A DNA stretch of 18,934 bases. Source: Bacteriovoracaceae bacterium (GTDB lineage Bacteria > Bdellovibrionota > Bacteriovoracia > Bacteriovoracales > Bacteriovoracaceae). The notes under the pieces were generated by a model that searched no databases, was not told where the DNA came from, and was given only the letters and a program-made list of their open reading frames with translations. Shown here piece after piece: positions 18,635-18,934 of the stretch; positions within the stretch are counted from its first letter, which is position 1, and the number at the start of each line of letters is the position of its first letter. The position numbers and the translations under genes are program-made. The stretch covers positions 1-18,934 of the forward strand of contig JBMYPC010000057.1 in the NCBI GenBank assembly GCA_049599895.1, written 5' to 3'.

Positions 18635-18900
18635 GCTAACGCTTCTTAGCTCCCTGTGGGGCCAGAAACCTTTGGTTTCTGTATCTGATCCCTGAACGGG
18701 ATCATCTGTCCGCTTGGCGCGCAACCGGTCTGCGGCAATGGTTGCCAGTGGCACCGACTCGTAGCAGAAGTGCCCAGTGGGCAGTTTTTAAACGTCAGGC
18801 GGAAGATTCGTTTTTTCTGAGTTTTACCAGATCACTGAACGTGATCTGTCTGTCCACACCGCAGTAAAATTGCCCGCAGGGCATTTTTACTGCGGTGTGG
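18635..18900. repeat. Mosaic of repeated hairpin modules downstream of tRNA-fMet
   Basis: TGAAC-loop hairpin + TCTGTCC at 18686-18711 and 18828-18855; TGCC(C)-NNN-(G)GGCA hairpins at 18743, 18771 and 18871; further stems at 18635-18650, 18663-18681 and 18854-18900. Confidence 0.75.
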
Positions 18901-18934
18901 TTGCGGGAGAAGGATTTGAACCTCCGACCTTCGG
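18898..18934 (-). tRNA. tRNA-Met (initiator-type), 3' half; truncated by the window edge
   Basis: Minus strand CCGAAGGTC-GGAGG-TTCAAAT-CCTTC-TCCCGCAACCA closely follows the bacterial tRNA-fMet 3' half with encoded CCA. The anticodon lies outside the window. Confidence 0.85.

Noticed and set aside
18542..18754. 70-aa minus-strand ORF in the hairpin region
   Set aside because: No SD or recognisable motif; the sequence is better explained by the stem-loop modules. Not fully excluded.
18635..18900. CRISPR array or prophage/integrative element at the tRNA
   Set aside because: Only two to three non-identical modules with irregular spacing; no cas, integrase or phage genes; the tRNA-end duplication is only 7 nt.

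Overview
AT-rich bacterial chromosomal segment, most likely Bdellovibrionota (Bacteriovoracia/Halobacteriovorax-like). The taxon is inferred from a PopA/Bd0427-like major outer-membrane protein and the gene content. Most genes are housekeeping or envelope genes: 5' part of lptF divergent from pepA-trmL, a secreted S8 protease, the PopA-like OMP, a degenerate flavoprotein-fold ORF downstream of an MltD-type lytic transglycosylase, a DAACS transporter, a secreted BamE/BLIP-like protein, lgt, an HPrK-like ORF lacking its P-loop, rplU-rpmA-obgE-rsfS-rlmH, trpS-asnC, a DUF6607-like lipoprotein, a frameshifted small secreted-protein gene and the 3' half of tRNA-fMet. No transposase, integrase, CRISPR array or defence system is visible. 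The most unusual signals are non-coding: (i) a ~270 bp GC-richer mosaic of repeated, covarying hairpins directly downstream of tRNA-fMet, whose first stem pairs with the tRNA's CCA; (ii) a perfect 25-bp inverted-repeat (REPIN/MITE-like) element between rlmH and asnC; (iii) a stem that buries the ribosome-binding site of the gene after mltD. Two ORFs look like pseudo-enzymes. All family calls are by-eye motif recognition; no searches were run.
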